A stretch of 53,441 bases of DNA from a virus (IMGVR_UViG_3300037761_000058:1-53441); one strand, 5' to 3'; counted from the stretch's first letter, positions 36,997-47,458 are shown. The notes: generated from the letters alone by a model not told the origin. Translations and numbers: made by a program.

Positions 36997-38105
36997 TGGC
37001 CTTAGCGCGAGTCACTACTTGGAGTTCGGGCGAGGTGCTCACGGCGGCGGCGCTCAACGCGGAGTACGACAACATATTGTCCAACGCCCTCTCCCTGATC
37101 TCCCCGATCACTGGAACACTCGACCTGAACGGCAATGAGCTTGTCCTAGACGTTGACGCCGACACGAGTTTGACCTCTGACACAGACGATCAGATTGATT
37201 GGCGGATTGGAGGAACGGATGTAATCGTCTGGTCGCTCACTGCGATGGTGTTCAATGAGCAGGGCGCTGACATCAATTTCCGTGTCGAGAGTGATACGAA
37301 CGCAAATGCCTTGTTCCTCGATGCGGGCCTGTTCACCGGGGTAGGGGCTATCGGGTTGGCGGCTGCGGCTACGGATGCGGCTGTAGTCCTGATCGACAAC
37401 CCGGCGCTGACGGCTACGGCGGCGACGAACATTGCGAAGCTGAGGATCGAGAACACCGCGGCGATCACCGTACCTGCTGGCGTCACCGCTCTTGCCGCTT
37501 CGCTCTCGATTGACGAGCCGAACCTTACGGCTACGGGGACGATCACGGTAGCGGCCACGGTCTATATCGAAGCGGCCCCGAGCGAGGGGAGCAGCAACTA
37601 CGCGCTGTGGATAGATGCGGGCAATACCAGGCTTGACGGCGACCTTGACATTCGTGGTGGCGATCTCACCACAGATCAGACGACCTTCAATCTTCTCGAT
37701 ACCACCGCGACGACGATCAACTTCGCTGGTGCCGCGACGACCTTGGGTATTGGGGCGGATACCGGAACAACGACCTTCGCTGGCTCGACCATACCGCAGC
37801 GGAGTTCCAGCATAGACACCACCACAGTTGCGGCAGATGCCAATGGGCATCTCCTACATCCAACAGCCGACAACAACCCGCGCACCTTCACCATCGACAG
37901 CGACGCGAACGTGCCCTATCCGGTCGGCACGGCGATCACGTTTGTCAACGAGATCAATACCCTGACCATCGCCATCACCTCCGACACATTGGTTCTCGCT
38001 GGTCCTGGAACCACCGGAAGCCGCACACTCGCGGCAATGGGAATGGCAACTGCACTGAAAAAGACAACGACGAGTTGGATCATCAGCGGGACGGGGCTTA
38101 CCTGA
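36996..38105 (+). CDS. tail fibre protein
   Basis: W..GEVLTAAALNAE..NI attachment N-terminus; terminal W.ISG.GL. Confidence 0.72.
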   Translation: MALARVTTWSSGEVLTAAALNAEYDNILSNALSLISPITGTLDLNGNELVLDVDADTSLTSDTDDQIDWRIGGTDVIVWSLTAMVFNEQGADINFRVESDTNANALFLDAGLFTGVGAIGLAAAATDAAVVLIDNPALTATAATNIAKLRIENTAAITVPAGVTALAASLSIDEPNLTATGTITVAATVYIEAAPSEGSSNYALWIDAGNTRLDGDLDIRGGDLTTDQTTFNLLDTTATTINFAGAATTLGIGADTGTTTFAGSTIPQRSSSIDTTTVAADANGHLLHPTADNNPRTFTIDSDANVPYPVGTAITFVNEINTLTIAITSDTLVLAGPGTTGSRTLAAMGMATALKKTTTSWIISGTGLT

Positions 38106-38998
38106 TGCCAATACAACAAGTCCTGACGGCTGGCGGAGGTTCAGGTAGCGGCCAGGAATTTCTTACCTCCGGTACAACGTGGGCGGTGCCTGCGGACTTC
38201 AGCACGATAAACAAGATTGAATGTATTGGTGGAGGCGCTGGTGGTGTATCGGATGCAGGAGGAGGCGGCGGCGGTGCTTACTCCAAAGTAACCAATTTCC
38301 TTGCATCCTTTGGGCAAACGCTGACGATCCAGATAGGTCAGGGCGGGGGTATCGGTGTTTCTGGAACCGATACCTGGATCAGCGATACGGGTGTCGCGCC
38401 AACAACCACCAGCGAAGGTTGTCTTGCCAAGGGTGGCTCTACTGGCAGTGGGAGCAACGGCGGAGCTGGTGGCGTAGCCGCAAGCGGTATTGGAGATACA
38501 AAGTCATCCGGCGGCACTGGCGGAAATTACGGTGCAAGCACAGGATTGGGGGGCGGCGGCGGAGCGGCAGGGCCTCTTGGTGCTGGTGCTATTGGTGGGA
38601 ATGGGGTTGGAGGCGGTGGTGGGGGCGGTGGAAATGGTGGTGGTAGTGCCGGAACCGTTGGTGGAGCGAATGACGGTGGCGCAGGCGGTAACAATCAAGG
38701 CGGCACTGGTGGGGGCGCTGGCGGCACTGCTGGGGGCGCTGGTGCAAATGGATCAAACGGCGGCGGAGGCGGTGGAGGCTCTGATTCCGCCAACAGCGGC
38801 AATGGCGGTGCCGGAATTGAGTGGACGACGCACGGCTCTGGTGGAGGGGGCGGCGGAACTGGAAGCGTAATCAGTGCCGCCGGAGCAAATGGCGGTCTTT
38901 ACGGTGGCGGTGGTGGAGGAATCTCAAGCGGCGGCTCGCCCACCGGCGGTCAGGGTGCCGATGGGCTCATCGTTATTTCGTGGGGCAGCTTTGCTTAA
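38105..38998 (+). CDS. glycine-rich fibre-associated protein 2
   Basis: FLTSGT.W.VP...IECIGGG...GADGLIVI. Confidence 0.72.
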   Translation: MPIQQVLTAGGGSGSGQEFLTSGTTWAVPADFSTINKIECIGGGAGGVSDAGGGGGGAYSKVTNFLASFGQTLTIQIGQGGGIGVSGTDTWISDTGVAPTTTSEGCLAKGGSTGSGSNGGAGGVAASGIGDTKSSGGTGGNYGASTGLGGGGGAAGPLGAGAIGGNGVGGGGGGGGNGGGSAGTVGGANDGGAGGNNQGGTGGGAGGTAGGAGANGSNGGGGGGGSDSANSGNGGAGIEWTTHGSGGGGGGTGSVISAAGANGGLYGGGGGGISSGGSPTGGQGADGLIVISWGSFA

Positions 38999-38999
38999 A

Positions 39000-39620
39000 T
39001 CAGAACTGATACAGGATTTCGACCGAGGTTGTGCTGATTCGGTCCAGATCGTTCCCCGAGCCGAACATCTCGGACTTGGGCTTGATCCGTTCGTACATCA
39101 GCCGCATTCGAAGCTGCGGAATCATCTCGTATTCCGCACCGATACCGAGGCCAAGCAGAGTCTCCGAAGCATTCGCGGATTCGCTCGACTGCGCCAGCAC
39201 TGCACAAGTCGTCGGAGTCGGGCACTGAGTCGTGATGTTCGTTTCGGAATAGCGGGCTTTCATGCGATATGCGCTTACGCGACCGATGGCCGACAGATTG
39301 GACGTGATGGGCATGGTCCCGAGAACCGACAGACTGTAGCCGCTCGCATCGTCCCACACACGCTTGGAAAAGGTGGCCGTGTCAGGTGCGACTTGAACGG
39401 AAAACGAACGCTCAAGGAGCGAATCCGGGCGGAAGGTAGAGGCTTCGACGGAAAAATACTTCGCTACTTGGTATCCAACGATCAGCGACGGGGCCGCACC
39501 AGAGTCCGATCCAACTTCGGCTTCGGCACGGATACTCGACGCACCAGCGCCCACGTACAGTTGGGCCTGAGCCGAGAAAGCGACGATGGAAAGCGCGGCG
39601 ATTGCGAGAATGCGTTTCAT
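39000..39620 (-). CDS. outer-membrane beta-barrel protein (OmpA-TM/Ail/Lom-like moron)
   Basis: Signal peptide ending AQA; YVGAG, VGYQ, GIGAEY strands; C-terminal YQF. Confidence 0.85.
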   Translation of the reverse strand: MKRILAIAALSIVAFSAQAQLYVGAGASSIRAEAEVGSDSGAAPSLIVGYQVAKYFSVEASTFRPDSLLERSFSVQVAPDTATFSKRVWDDASGYSLSVLGTMPITSNLSAIGRVSAYRMKARYSETNITTQCPTPTTCAVLAQSSESANASETLLGLGIGAEYEMIPQLRMRLMYERIKPKSEMFGSGNDLDRISTTSVEILYQF

Positions 39621-39751
39621 GATTTCTCCTTTCGTAAATACTCGGTTATGGCTCGCCGGATGTGCTCAGCGACAGAGGTATCTGTTTTCTTTGCCAAAGC
39701 CCGGAGTGCCTTCAATAGCGGCTCGGGGATGAACATCTGCAGACGCCTCAT
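39617..39751 (-). CDS. 44-aa ribbon-helix-helix (CopG-like) regulator
   Basis: MRRLQMFIPEPLLKALRALAKKTDTSVAEHIRRAITEYL; stop overlaps OMP ATG; hand-translated. Confidence 0.8.
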   Translation of the reverse strand: MRRLQMFIPEPLLKALRALAKKTDTSVAEHIRRAITEYLRKEKS

Positions 39752-39790
39752 ACACACATCATCCACATATCTGGCAAGAAGTCAAGCGAT

Positions 39791-40261
39791 ATGCTGACCA
39801 CACAGACTAGTACCACTGTTACATCGGTTAAGCCCTCGCGCGCCCAAGTGGTACGTGACTCTGTGGTGGTGCGCTTGGCCGTCGCTGAGGCTGGCCCAAT
39901 GATTGCCGAGATCCTGAAGGAGAACGACATCGAGTTGAACGGGGCTGACTGGTCTAAGGTGTTCCCGCACTGGTTGATCGCCACAGAAGGCGACCAAGTG
40001 ATAGGTTGCGTGCAGGTAGTCATGTCCAAGCCGATTGGCTACCTGGAGTTCCTGTTCGTGCGGCCGTCCGTCAGCTTCAAGCTGCGGGCGATTGCGCTAC
40101 GGAAGCTCGCCATTCAAGGCATGGCGACCCTGTATCACGGAGGTTCGCAGTACGTGGCAGGGATGGTTGCCGTCAAGGATCAGAAGTTTCTCGATGTGAT
40201 CGAGAAGCTGAACGTGAAGCCGCTCTACACTGCGCATCTTGTTTGCAAAAGGCTGGCATAG
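39791..40261 (+). CDS. GNAT-fold acetyltransferase-like protein
   Basis: VRLA...LIA....VIGC...YLEFLFVRP; position before ejection proteins. Confidence 0.65.
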   Translation: MLTTQTSTTVTSVKPSRAQVVRDSVVVRLAVAEAGPMIAEILKENDIELNGADWSKVFPHWLIATEGDQVIGCVQVVMSKPIGYLEFLFVRPSVSFKLRAIALRKLAIQGMATLYHGGSQYVAGMVAVKDQKFLDVIEKLNVKPLYTAHLVCKRLA

Positions 40262-41128
40262 ATGTCCACGAAGACCAAAGTTACAAACGCTCCGCCGACC
40301 GAGCAAGAAACGGCGCTGATGAAGTTGCAGAGCGAGTTGGCTACGCGCCAGCTTGCCCAGATCGACGAATTGCAGCCGTTCCAGACTGAGCTTGTGCGGC
40401 AGTCGATGGAGGAACTGAAGCGTCAGGGTGCTATCTCCTCGGCGATCGGTGCGGCTGTAACCCCGGAGCAGGAAGCAGAACAGTACAAGGCCGACTTCGA
40501 GCGCTCGCAACGTCTGGGCCCTATTCAGGACGAACTGCTGCAGATCCAACTGGATGCTGCAAGGCAGGGGGGCCGTCCGACCGAGGAACAGTTGGCGCTC
40601 ATCAAGGAGGCTACGGATAGAGGCATCGAATCCGGGACTGCGGACATTGATCTGTCCACGAAGCGAGGTATCGGGCTCATCTCGGACGAGCTTGCGAATT
40701 CCAGGGGGCTGAGGCTTTCGGATTCCCCGATCATGAACGAGGCCGGGAACCTAGTTGCAGGTTCCGAGGACTTGAAGGCGAATCTCATCAGGTCCATGCG
40801 GTCGAATGAAGCAAACGCCGCCCTGAACTATCCTCTTGCGGCGGCTGGAGTAACGAGCGGGATCAACTTCAACCAGCAGAATCTTGCCGAGCAGTCAAAG
40901 GCGTTTCAGGCCGAACTTCGGCAGCGTGCTTTCCAGAACCGTCTTGCCTTCACTGGGCAGACCGGGCAATCCGGGCTTGGGCTTGCTTCTGCGAGCAGGG
41001 CTCCGTTCCAGAGTTTCGGCGGCGGTGGGCAAAGTAATAGCAAGAAAGGTATCGGATTGACGGAAGCGGCACAGATTGCTGGCGCTGCTTACGGGGCATA
41101 CTCAATGTATGCGGCTGCAGCGGCATGA
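40262..41128 (+). CDS. internal virion (ejection) protein
   Basis: Gln/Ala/Gly-rich with hydrophobic C-terminus; position. Confidence 0.65.
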   Translation: MSTKTKVTNAPPTEQETALMKLQSELATRQLAQIDELQPFQTELVRQSMEELKRQGAISSAIGAAVTPEQEAEQYKADFERSQRLGPIQDELLQIQLDAARQGGRPTEEQLALIKEATDRGIESGTADIDLSTKRGIGLISDELANSRGLRLSDSPIMNEAGNLVAGSEDLKANLIRSMRSNEANAALNYPLAAAGVTSGINFNQQNLAEQSKAFQAELRQRAFQNRLAFTGQTGQSGLGLASASRAPFQSFGGGGQSNSKKGIGLTEAAQIAGAAYGAYSMYAAAAA

Positions 41129-41146
41129 AATAGACCAGAGGTAACG

Positions 41147-42655
41147 ATGGCTGAACTCTTTCAGGATGAAATGGCGGCGCTTGGCATTGCCGACACTGGC
41201 TCCGCAACTACGGCGCCCGCTTCAGGTATTGGCATGTCGCCAGCACAACCACGGGTCGATTCCAGAAGCGGCACAGACAAATTCTTTGACGTTCTCGGCG
41301 GGGCGAGCGCAGGTTTTTTCGGCAAGCCGTTGCCGAATCAAGTGCGCGCCGAAGCCGAGAGAAAGAAACGCACCCTGGAGTTGCAGGAACTCAGTACATT
41401 CACGAACGCTCTTGAGGAAGGGGTAAAGCTCACCGAGGGCTTGGAGGGGCCGGAGCGTGACAACTTCGTGAAGTCCTACAAGACGAGGCTGAATGCCTTG
41501 GAAGGCGGGCTTGGGGATACCTACGAGGCTGCGACGAAGCGGCCAGAGATGCTGACCAAGTTCCGGGAAGTCCTGCCCCATCTGCCCGAGCATCTTCGCA
41601 AGATGGCCGAGGCAAATCCAAAGGGCTTCCTGAAGTTCGCCGGCACGGCTGAGGGCGTCAAGGTAATGGGGCAGGCTGACGACCAGCGGATCCTGTCCGT
41701 CGCCACTAAGAAGGTCCAGACGACGATGATGGGCCTGCAGCAGCTTATCAAGCCGGAGAAGCTGGCCGAGTTCAACAAGGACGGCGTGCTGACGGCTTCG
41801 GAAATCCGGGAGATGCAGGCGGACCTCCCGGAACCGCTTCGCCTGTCGGACTCGGAAGCGGCTGCGATCGGCCGGAATGACGAATCGTTCTGGACCAGCC
41901 TTGGCGTTCTGTCCGGCAAGGGCGAGCAGGACTTGATGAAGAAGCGTTCTGAGAAAGCCGGTGACGCCCCGCAGTCGAGAAAAGTGCGCCGCGGTGACAA
42001 GGAAATCACTCAGGAGTTCAGGAACGGGAAGTGGGTCGATGTCGAGTCCGGGGCAGCGTTCAAGCCGAAAGAAGGCGATACGGTGAGCGAAGCCGACATC
42101 GTGAACCGGGAGTTCAAACTGTCCGATGACTACCGGGCTGATACGAAGAAGTTCGCGGAACGACGGCCGCTATTCGACTCGGCGACCGACTACATGGCGA
42201 ATCGCAAGGACGGGAAGACTTCCGCTGGCGATGCTGCGCTGATGTTCGCCTACGCGAAGATGCGCGACCCGAACGACAGGCTGGCCGTGTCCGAGACTAG
42301 GGACTTGGTGAAGCTCGGCAACATCTTCGAGCGCTTCGGGGTGAGCGTAACCGGGGTTCTCGAAAAGGGCGAGACTCTGCCTGACCGCGTGGCGAAGGAT
42401 ATGTACGCGGAAATCCGGCGTGCCTTCACCGAGCAGAACAGGCAGCAGGCGAAGATCGAAGCCGACTACCGCAGAAGGACCACAGACTACAAAGGCAATG
42501 CTGACCGCGTGGTGAGGCCCCTCGCTATCCCTGAAGATCAACTGACGGGGAAGGGCAAACCGAAGGACGGCAAGGAAGGTGAGCCAGAAGCCCGGAAGGC
42601 CATCGGCAACGTCAACTACGTGAAGATCAAGGGGCAGTGGTACGAGGAGCGATGA
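41147..42655 (+). CDS. internal virion protein
   Basis: GD.AL.F...KM.DP motif; position. Confidence 0.65.
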   Translation: MAELFQDEMAALGIADTGSATTAPASGIGMSPAQPRVDSRSGTDKFFDVLGGASAGFFGKPLPNQVRAEAERKKRTLELQELSTFTNALEEGVKLTEGLEGPERDNFVKSYKTRLNALEGGLGDTYEAATKRPEMLTKFREVLPHLPEHLRKMAEANPKGFLKFAGTAEGVKVMGQADDQRILSVATKKVQTTMMGLQQLIKPEKLAEFNKDGVLTASEIREMQADLPEPLRLSDSEAAAIGRNDESFWTSLGVLSGKGEQDLMKKRSEKAGDAPQSRKVRRGDKEITQEFRNGKWVDVESGAAFKPKEGDTVSEADIVNREFKLSDDYRADTKKFAERRPLFDSATDYMANRKDGKTSAGDAALMFAYAKMRDPNDRLAVSETRDLVKLGNIFERFGVSVTGVLEKGETLPDRVAKDMYAEIRRAFTEQNRQQAKIEADYRRRTTDYKGNADRVVRPLAIPEDQLTGKGKPKDGKEGEPEARKAIGNVNYVKIKGQWYEER

Positions 42656-45519
42656 GCCACGAGCAATCCGAGACGATTCAGTTACCGAGCGGAAAGTGGG
42701 CCAATGTCTACGGCAGTAAGACTCCCAAGGCTGGGCAGCGCTTGCCTGACGATCAAGAGTATGACTCCGCGGATCAAGCCGTATCTGCAGCCAAAGTTCG
42801 CTCTGAGGCCGCTGGAATGAAGCCCGTCACTGACCCAGCGCTCCTCGAGCAGCTTGAAGCCCGCCAGCCAATCACCGACCAGTCCATCCTGAGCCAACTG
42901 GAAGGCGAGGGTCCGCTTTCGGCCAATCTGCGTAAGATCGACGAGCAGACGAGGGCCGAGCAGTTCGAGGAACCCGGCAACTTCTCCTACCTGTTCAACC
43001 GGCTGAAGAAGGGCTTTGCCGGGTTCATGGGCCTGCCTGGAGACGTTACGCAGTTGATCCGTAGCGCTCCCCCAGCACCGACGACGATGGGAGCTTTTAC
43101 GTCCGCGGAACGCTCCGGGGCTCCGATCACGGTGGATATGCCTACGCCTACTCCCGTCATGGCTACGTCAGAACAATACAGGGAGGGTTTCGGCGTCGAT
43201 CCAAAGATGAAGACGGGAAAGGACTGGCTTCGCTATACCGGGGGCGTGGCGGAAATGGCCGGGGCTGGAGGACCGTTCGGCCTTGCCACGAATCCCGCAG
43301 CGCTGCTCCCGCTTGCTACTGGCATTACTGGGTCAGGGGTAGGCATGGAGGCTGGCGGAGACGTTGCTGAGGGCCTTGGCCTTAACCGGCAGGCAGGGGA
43401 AGCGGCTGGAGCCCTGACTGGCGGGCTTGTCAGCGCCATCGCTCCAAACGTGGCAGCGAAGGGCGTCGGAGCGCTCCATCGCAAGTTCTCGCCATCCGCC
43501 CAGAAGTCCCTTGCCGAGTCCGCAGCCAGCAAGGAAATTGGCCTGCAACTCGAGTCATACCCGCCCTCTAAAGCGAACATCGCGCGCAGCCTGGAAGTAT
43601 CCGATGAGATGGCGAAGGTCAACGCAGATTTCTCCCCGTCGCTCCCTGCCCGTAGTGGCGCCCCGGGATTACTGGCAGAGGAAAAGCGTCTCGTCGCCCA
43701 GAGCCCCAGGACCCTGAATAAAGCCGTGGAGCGGGTCGAGGAGAATCAGCAGGCCATCCGCAAATTCCTTGACGAGAAGTTTAAGCCTGTAGGTGGGCCT
43801 ACTGCGGCTTCCAAGGTGGCGGCGTTGCAGAAACAATCCGTTGTCCGGCTTGAGGGCATGAAAACGGCGATCGACGACAAGCTCGATGACGCGGTGCGGG
43901 TGTTCGAATCGAATCCCTCCAACTTCGAAAATGGCAAGCGTCTCAGGGACCTGTTCTTCAAGCAGAAGGAAGTCTATTCCGGTATCCGCGGGCAGAAGTA
44001 CCAAGCCGTCTATGAGGCGGCTGACCGGGCTGGCTTGCGGGTGAAGATCGACGACGCCGTGCAGTACGTCGATGACGTTCTCAAAAACGAGATGAACGCC
44101 TATCAGCAGTCAGAGATTCCTTCGGTATTCAGAAAACTTGCAAAGAGTGCTGGCAAGGACGTTCCGGACGATGTGAAGGACTTCGTTGCGCGTCAGATGC
44201 CGAAGCCTGAAACTCCAGAGCAGGTAGCCTCGCACCTCCAGTCTATCCGGAAAGCCGCCGCTGCCAAGCCAGAACCGCCCAAGGACATCTCATTCGCCGA
44301 ACTGCACTCACTCTATAAGAGAACGAACTCTGACATTGCCTCTCTGCGCGGCTCTATGGCAGCGGACAAGGACTTCAAGATGATGCTGCTGGATGGCCTG
44401 AAGACCAAGTTGACCGAGAAGCTGGCTACGTTCGAGGGAGCAGGTTACGGGGAAGTGGCGATCAAGTTCAAGGAAGCGAATCGTTTCTACTCCCAGGAGT
44501 ACCTGCCTCGGTTCAAGCAGGGCTTCGGCGGCGACATCGCGGCCAGATATTCGACCGGGGAATTCCGTACCGCTGACCAGATGATAACCGGCATGGTCAC
44601 GAAGGCGAACAACACGCAGGCAGCCAAGGACTTCAAGCTGCTGTTCGATGACATCCCGGAAGCGCACCAAGCACTCAGGGCCGGGTATCTGGACGAGCTC
44701 TACCGCAATACCGGAGTCATCGGCAAAGACGGCCGTATCGTCCAGCGCTCCCTCGATACGTTCCTGCGAAAGCATGAGCCGACCCTGAAGGAGTTTCCGG
44801 CCATCAAGACGGAATTGAAGCAACTCGCTCTGGACAACGAGGCGTTGCTGGCTAGACGTGCCCACATAGTCGCCGCGGAGAAGAAGCTGGCAGCGCAGGA
44901 CTTGTTCAAGCTGTTCCAGGGCCGTGATCCGACCGTTATCCTCACGGAAGCGACCACGAAGCCCAATGCCATGCGGGCTCTCGCATATCAAGCGAGAAAG
45001 GATCCGAACATGGCGAAAGGGCTTACTCGAGGAATTGCCGAGCACGTAGCGCACCAGCCGGATCCTGCGGCCTTCCTCGCCGCCAATGAAGACGCCATCC
45101 GTATCGGCTTGAAGTCTTTGGGGGATGAGCACTTCAAGAACCTGCAGACCGCTGTAGACGCTATGACGATCAACTCGAGGAACCCAGTCACCATGACTGT
45201 CGGCGCCGGCAGCATCTCTCCAGACCAGCTGGCATCCGGCATCGGTAGCTCCCCGCGGGCGCTGGTATCGGCCTACCTGAGCGTACAACGCGGCCGTACT
45301 GGGACTGAGCAGGAGGCTGCTGCCATTCTCGGGCGATGGTTCGATAAGCTGCGCCGTGAGCACAAGCTGGTTGCGATGGAGGCCGTGTTCTACGACAAGG
45401 ACACGGCCAGGGCCCTAGCGAACGTGGTCAAGAGCCCGCAGAGCGAAAAGGTCAACTTGGACTTCGTAACCCAGATGACTTCCCTCGGTGTTCGTGCGTC
45501 CGTGGCTATGCAGGAATGA
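42652..45519 (+). CDS. large internal virion / DNA transfer protein
   Basis: About 955 aa helical protein with a Gly/Ala hydrophobic stretch. Confidence 0.65.
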   Translation: MSHEQSETIQLPSGKWANVYGSKTPKAGQRLPDDQEYDSADQAVSAAKVRSEAAGMKPVTDPALLEQLEARQPITDQSILSQLEGEGPLSANLRKIDEQTRAEQFEEPGNFSYLFNRLKKGFAGFMGLPGDVTQLIRSAPPAPTTMGAFTSAERSGAPITVDMPTPTPVMATSEQYREGFGVDPKMKTGKDWLRYTGGVAEMAGAGGPFGLATNPAALLPLATGITGSGVGMEAGGDVAEGLGLNRQAGEAAGALTGGLVSAIAPNVAAKGVGALHRKFSPSAQKSLAESAASKEIGLQLESYPPSKANIARSLEVSDEMAKVNADFSPSLPARSGAPGLLAEEKRLVAQSPRTLNKAVERVEENQQAIRKFLDEKFKPVGGPTAASKVAALQKQSVVRLEGMKTAIDDKLDDAVRVFESNPSNFENGKRLRDLFFKQKEVYSGIRGQKYQAVYEAADRAGLRVKIDDAVQYVDDVLKNEMNAYQQSEIPSVFRKLAKSAGKDVPDDVKDFVARQMPKPETPEQVASHLQSIRKAAAAKPEPPKDISFAELHSLYKRTNSDIASLRGSMAADKDFKMMLLDGLKTKLTEKLATFEGAGYGEVAIKFKEANRFYSQEYLPRFKQGFGGDIAARYSTGEFRTADQMITGMVTKANNTQAAKDFKLLFDDIPEAHQALRAGYLDELYRNTGVIGKDGRIVQRSLDTFLRKHEPTLKEFPAIKTELKQLALDNEALLARRAHIVAAEKKLAAQDLFKLFQGRDPTVILTEATTKPNAMRALAYQARKDPNMAKGLTRGIAEHVAHQPDPAAFLAANEDAIRIGLKSLGDEHFKNLQTAVDAMTINSRNPVTMTVGAGSISPDQLASGIGSSPRALVSAYLSVQRGRTGTEQEAAAILGRWFDKLRREHKLVAMEAVFYDKDTARALANVVKSPQSEKVNLDFVTQMTSLGVRASVAMQE

Positions 45520-45525
45520 CTAGAA

Positions 45526-45726
45526 ATGCGCCGCCAATCCAAATACAACGTGTCACCGCTTCATAAGGATGTGAAGTACGGCTCTGGCGGCAGGGCTGCT
45601 GGTCAATTTGTCATCGGGGACGGCGAATCCAAGCCCGTCTACAACTTCCTGCTGCTGCAGGAGAACCGAATCCCAATCGCCCAGGAGGACGGAAAGCACA
45701 TCTTCCTCGAGGACGCCAATGCCTAG
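45526..45726 (+). CDS. small fibre-linker protein
   Basis: LLQEN...QEDG..I.LE motif; overlaps fibre start. Confidence 0.5.
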   Translation: MRRQSKYNVSPLHKDVKYGSGGRAAGQFVIGDGESKPVYNFLLLQENRIPIAQEDGKHIFLEDANA

Positions 45727-46975
45727 CAGCCCTCTCGGCGATCCGATTTCCTCGCTGACCGAGGCAACGAGTCTCGACGGCACGGAAACAGTCGCGGTCG
45801 TCCAGAACACCAAGACGAAGCGCAGCCTGCTGTCCACGATTGCCGATTACGTCATTCAGACGGCGACCTCCTTCGCCCAGTCCGGTACTGCACCCACTTC
45901 ACGGACGGTTGAGGACGTAGAGCGGGCGATTGTCCGGTCGGGGGACTTTGCCCTCAACGTCAACTATCTTGCCCGCCTTGAGGCCCTGACCGAGACGATA
46001 GGTGTAGCGCGACTCAACATCCAGACCGAGAACGGCATCAGGTTCCAGACAGAAGATGCGCCTTTCACCCTATCGGCCCATCAGACTACCTTCAACGGGA
46101 CGGTGGATAACGTCCTCCAGTTTGGCTACAACGTCACGGAAGGGGCGGCTGGAACAAGGATAGACACAGCAGAGCCATACCTGAAACTCTCTCTTGAGTC
46201 TGACTATAACAACGGGTCGGCTCATTTGATGGAAGTCAACCTCGACTATCTATCTGATGACGGACTCACTGCGATTCGTTTTAGTTCCTTCAATGTTGAC
46301 AGGTCAACGCATGTAGGGGCGTGGGCATTTGCTGGAACCAGCCTCAAGTTCTGGAAAACAGATGTAGAGACTGGGCCACACTTCGACATCGACCTGACAA
46401 ACCTTACCAGCACAGAAGTCATAACCCTGCGTGTTGCTGGTGGCTCAAATGAGCAATTCCAGTTCGGTCCTGCAACCGCTGGCGTCCTTACAACTTTCTC
46501 ATTTGGCTTCGGTGCTCTATCTGGTTCTGGCGGCACTTTGAGTACCACTGGAACGGAGGTAGCTCAAAAGATAGGAGCGACCTCAGTAACCATGGTCACT
46601 GCGACAGGGCTTGGGGTATTTGCCAATCCATCACAAGCTTTTGACGTCACAAAATCAAACAACGGCACGGATGTAATCGCTTTAGTTGCCAATACATCAA
46701 ACACGGCTAGTTCCGGTTCCAGGCTAAACCTTCAGGTCGCTGGTACGTCCGGCGGCGATGCGTGGATTCACATGCGCGTAGCCGGAGTAGCAAGCTGGGC
46801 GATGGGGCTGGACAACAGCGATGCGGATGCGTTCGTTATAAGCGAAGCGATTGGACTGGGTTCTAACAATCGCTTCAAGATCGCCGCTGGTGGAGTGGTG
46901 ACTATTCCTAGCCTAGCCGGAACAGGATCACGAACCGTTGTTGCTGATGCCAATGGAGTATTGAGCGCGCCATGA
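45719..46975 (+). CDS. second tail fibre / receptor-binding protein
   Basis: ISSL.EA...G.E.V..VQ N-terminus; LAGTGSR.VVADANG.L end. Confidence 0.65.
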   Translation: MPSSPLGDPISSLTEATSLDGTETVAVVQNTKTKRSLLSTIADYVIQTATSFAQSGTAPTSRTVEDVERAIVRSGDFALNVNYLARLEALTETIGVARLNIQTENGIRFQTEDAPFTLSAHQTTFNGTVDNVLQFGYNVTEGAAGTRIDTAEPYLKLSLESDYNNGSAHLMEVNLDYLSDDGLTAIRFSSFNVDRSTHVGAWAFAGTSLKFWKTDVETGPHFDIDLTNLTSTEVITLRVAGGSNEQFQFGPATAGVLTTFSFGFGALSGSGGTLSTTGTEVAQKIGATSVTMVTATGLGVFANPSQAFDVTKSNNGTDVIALVANTSNTASSGSRLNLQVAGTSGGDAWIHMRVAGVASWAMGLDNSDADAFVISEAIGLGSNNRFKIAAGGVVTIPSLAGTGSRTVVADANGVLSAP

Positions 46976-47154
46976 CCAAAGACGAAGCAAGCGTTAACGC
47001 CCTCATCCGCGAGCTTTCGGAGCAGCGCGGGATTCTAGGAAATAGATCGGCGCAAATGGCCGCATCGAATGCAGCGTTGGCTTACGAGAACGAGGAACTA
47101 AAAAAGCGTATCGCAGAGCTTGAGAAGAAGCCAGAGCCGGAAGCGCCCGTTTGA
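46972..47154 (+). CDS. coiled-coil fibre chaperone-like protein
   Basis: Heptad pattern; ATGA overlap. Confidence 0.5.
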   Translation: MTKDEASVNALIRELSEQRGILGNRSAQMAASNAALAYENEELKKRIAELEKKPEPEAPV

Positions 47155-47182
47155 ACAACCGAGGAAAGCGGGACAGCGAAGA

Positions 47183-47458
47183 ATGAACGGAGAACATCCA
47201 ATTGCAGAGGACCACGAGGGGCGCATCAGCGCTCTGGAGCGTTTGCATATGGATCTCGAAAAACGCTTTGCTGCAGCCTTCCCAGGAGGCGATCACATCG
47301 GCCACTGCCGCTATCACGACCTGATGATCGAGGACATCGCCACGAGGAAACGCCTGCGCGAGGCCATCATGCAGAAGACCCTCGCCGGGTTAGTGTGGGC
47401 GGGCGTGATCGTAGTCGGTGTCTCTATGTGGCAGTGGGTGAAATCTCTCTTACGGTGA
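47183..47458 (+). CDS. membrane protein of the lysis region
   Basis: AFPGGD..GH..YH motif and C-terminal TM. Confidence 0.55.
   Translation: MNGEHPIAEDHEGRISALERLHMDLEKRFAAAFPGGDHIGHCRYHDLMIEDIATRKRLREAIMQKTLAGLVWAGVIVVGVSMWQWVKSLLR

Noticed and set aside
32375-38998. GGC/GGT-rich DNA as a repeat element
   Set aside because: Explained by glycine codons in two Gly-rich proteins; no fixed DNA period.
44308-45363. Long antisense ORFs (also 35265-36200, 33512-34408, 51762-52712, 2902-3717)
   Set aside because: Shadow frames of GC-rich genes; no recognisable motifs and opposite to the operon direction.
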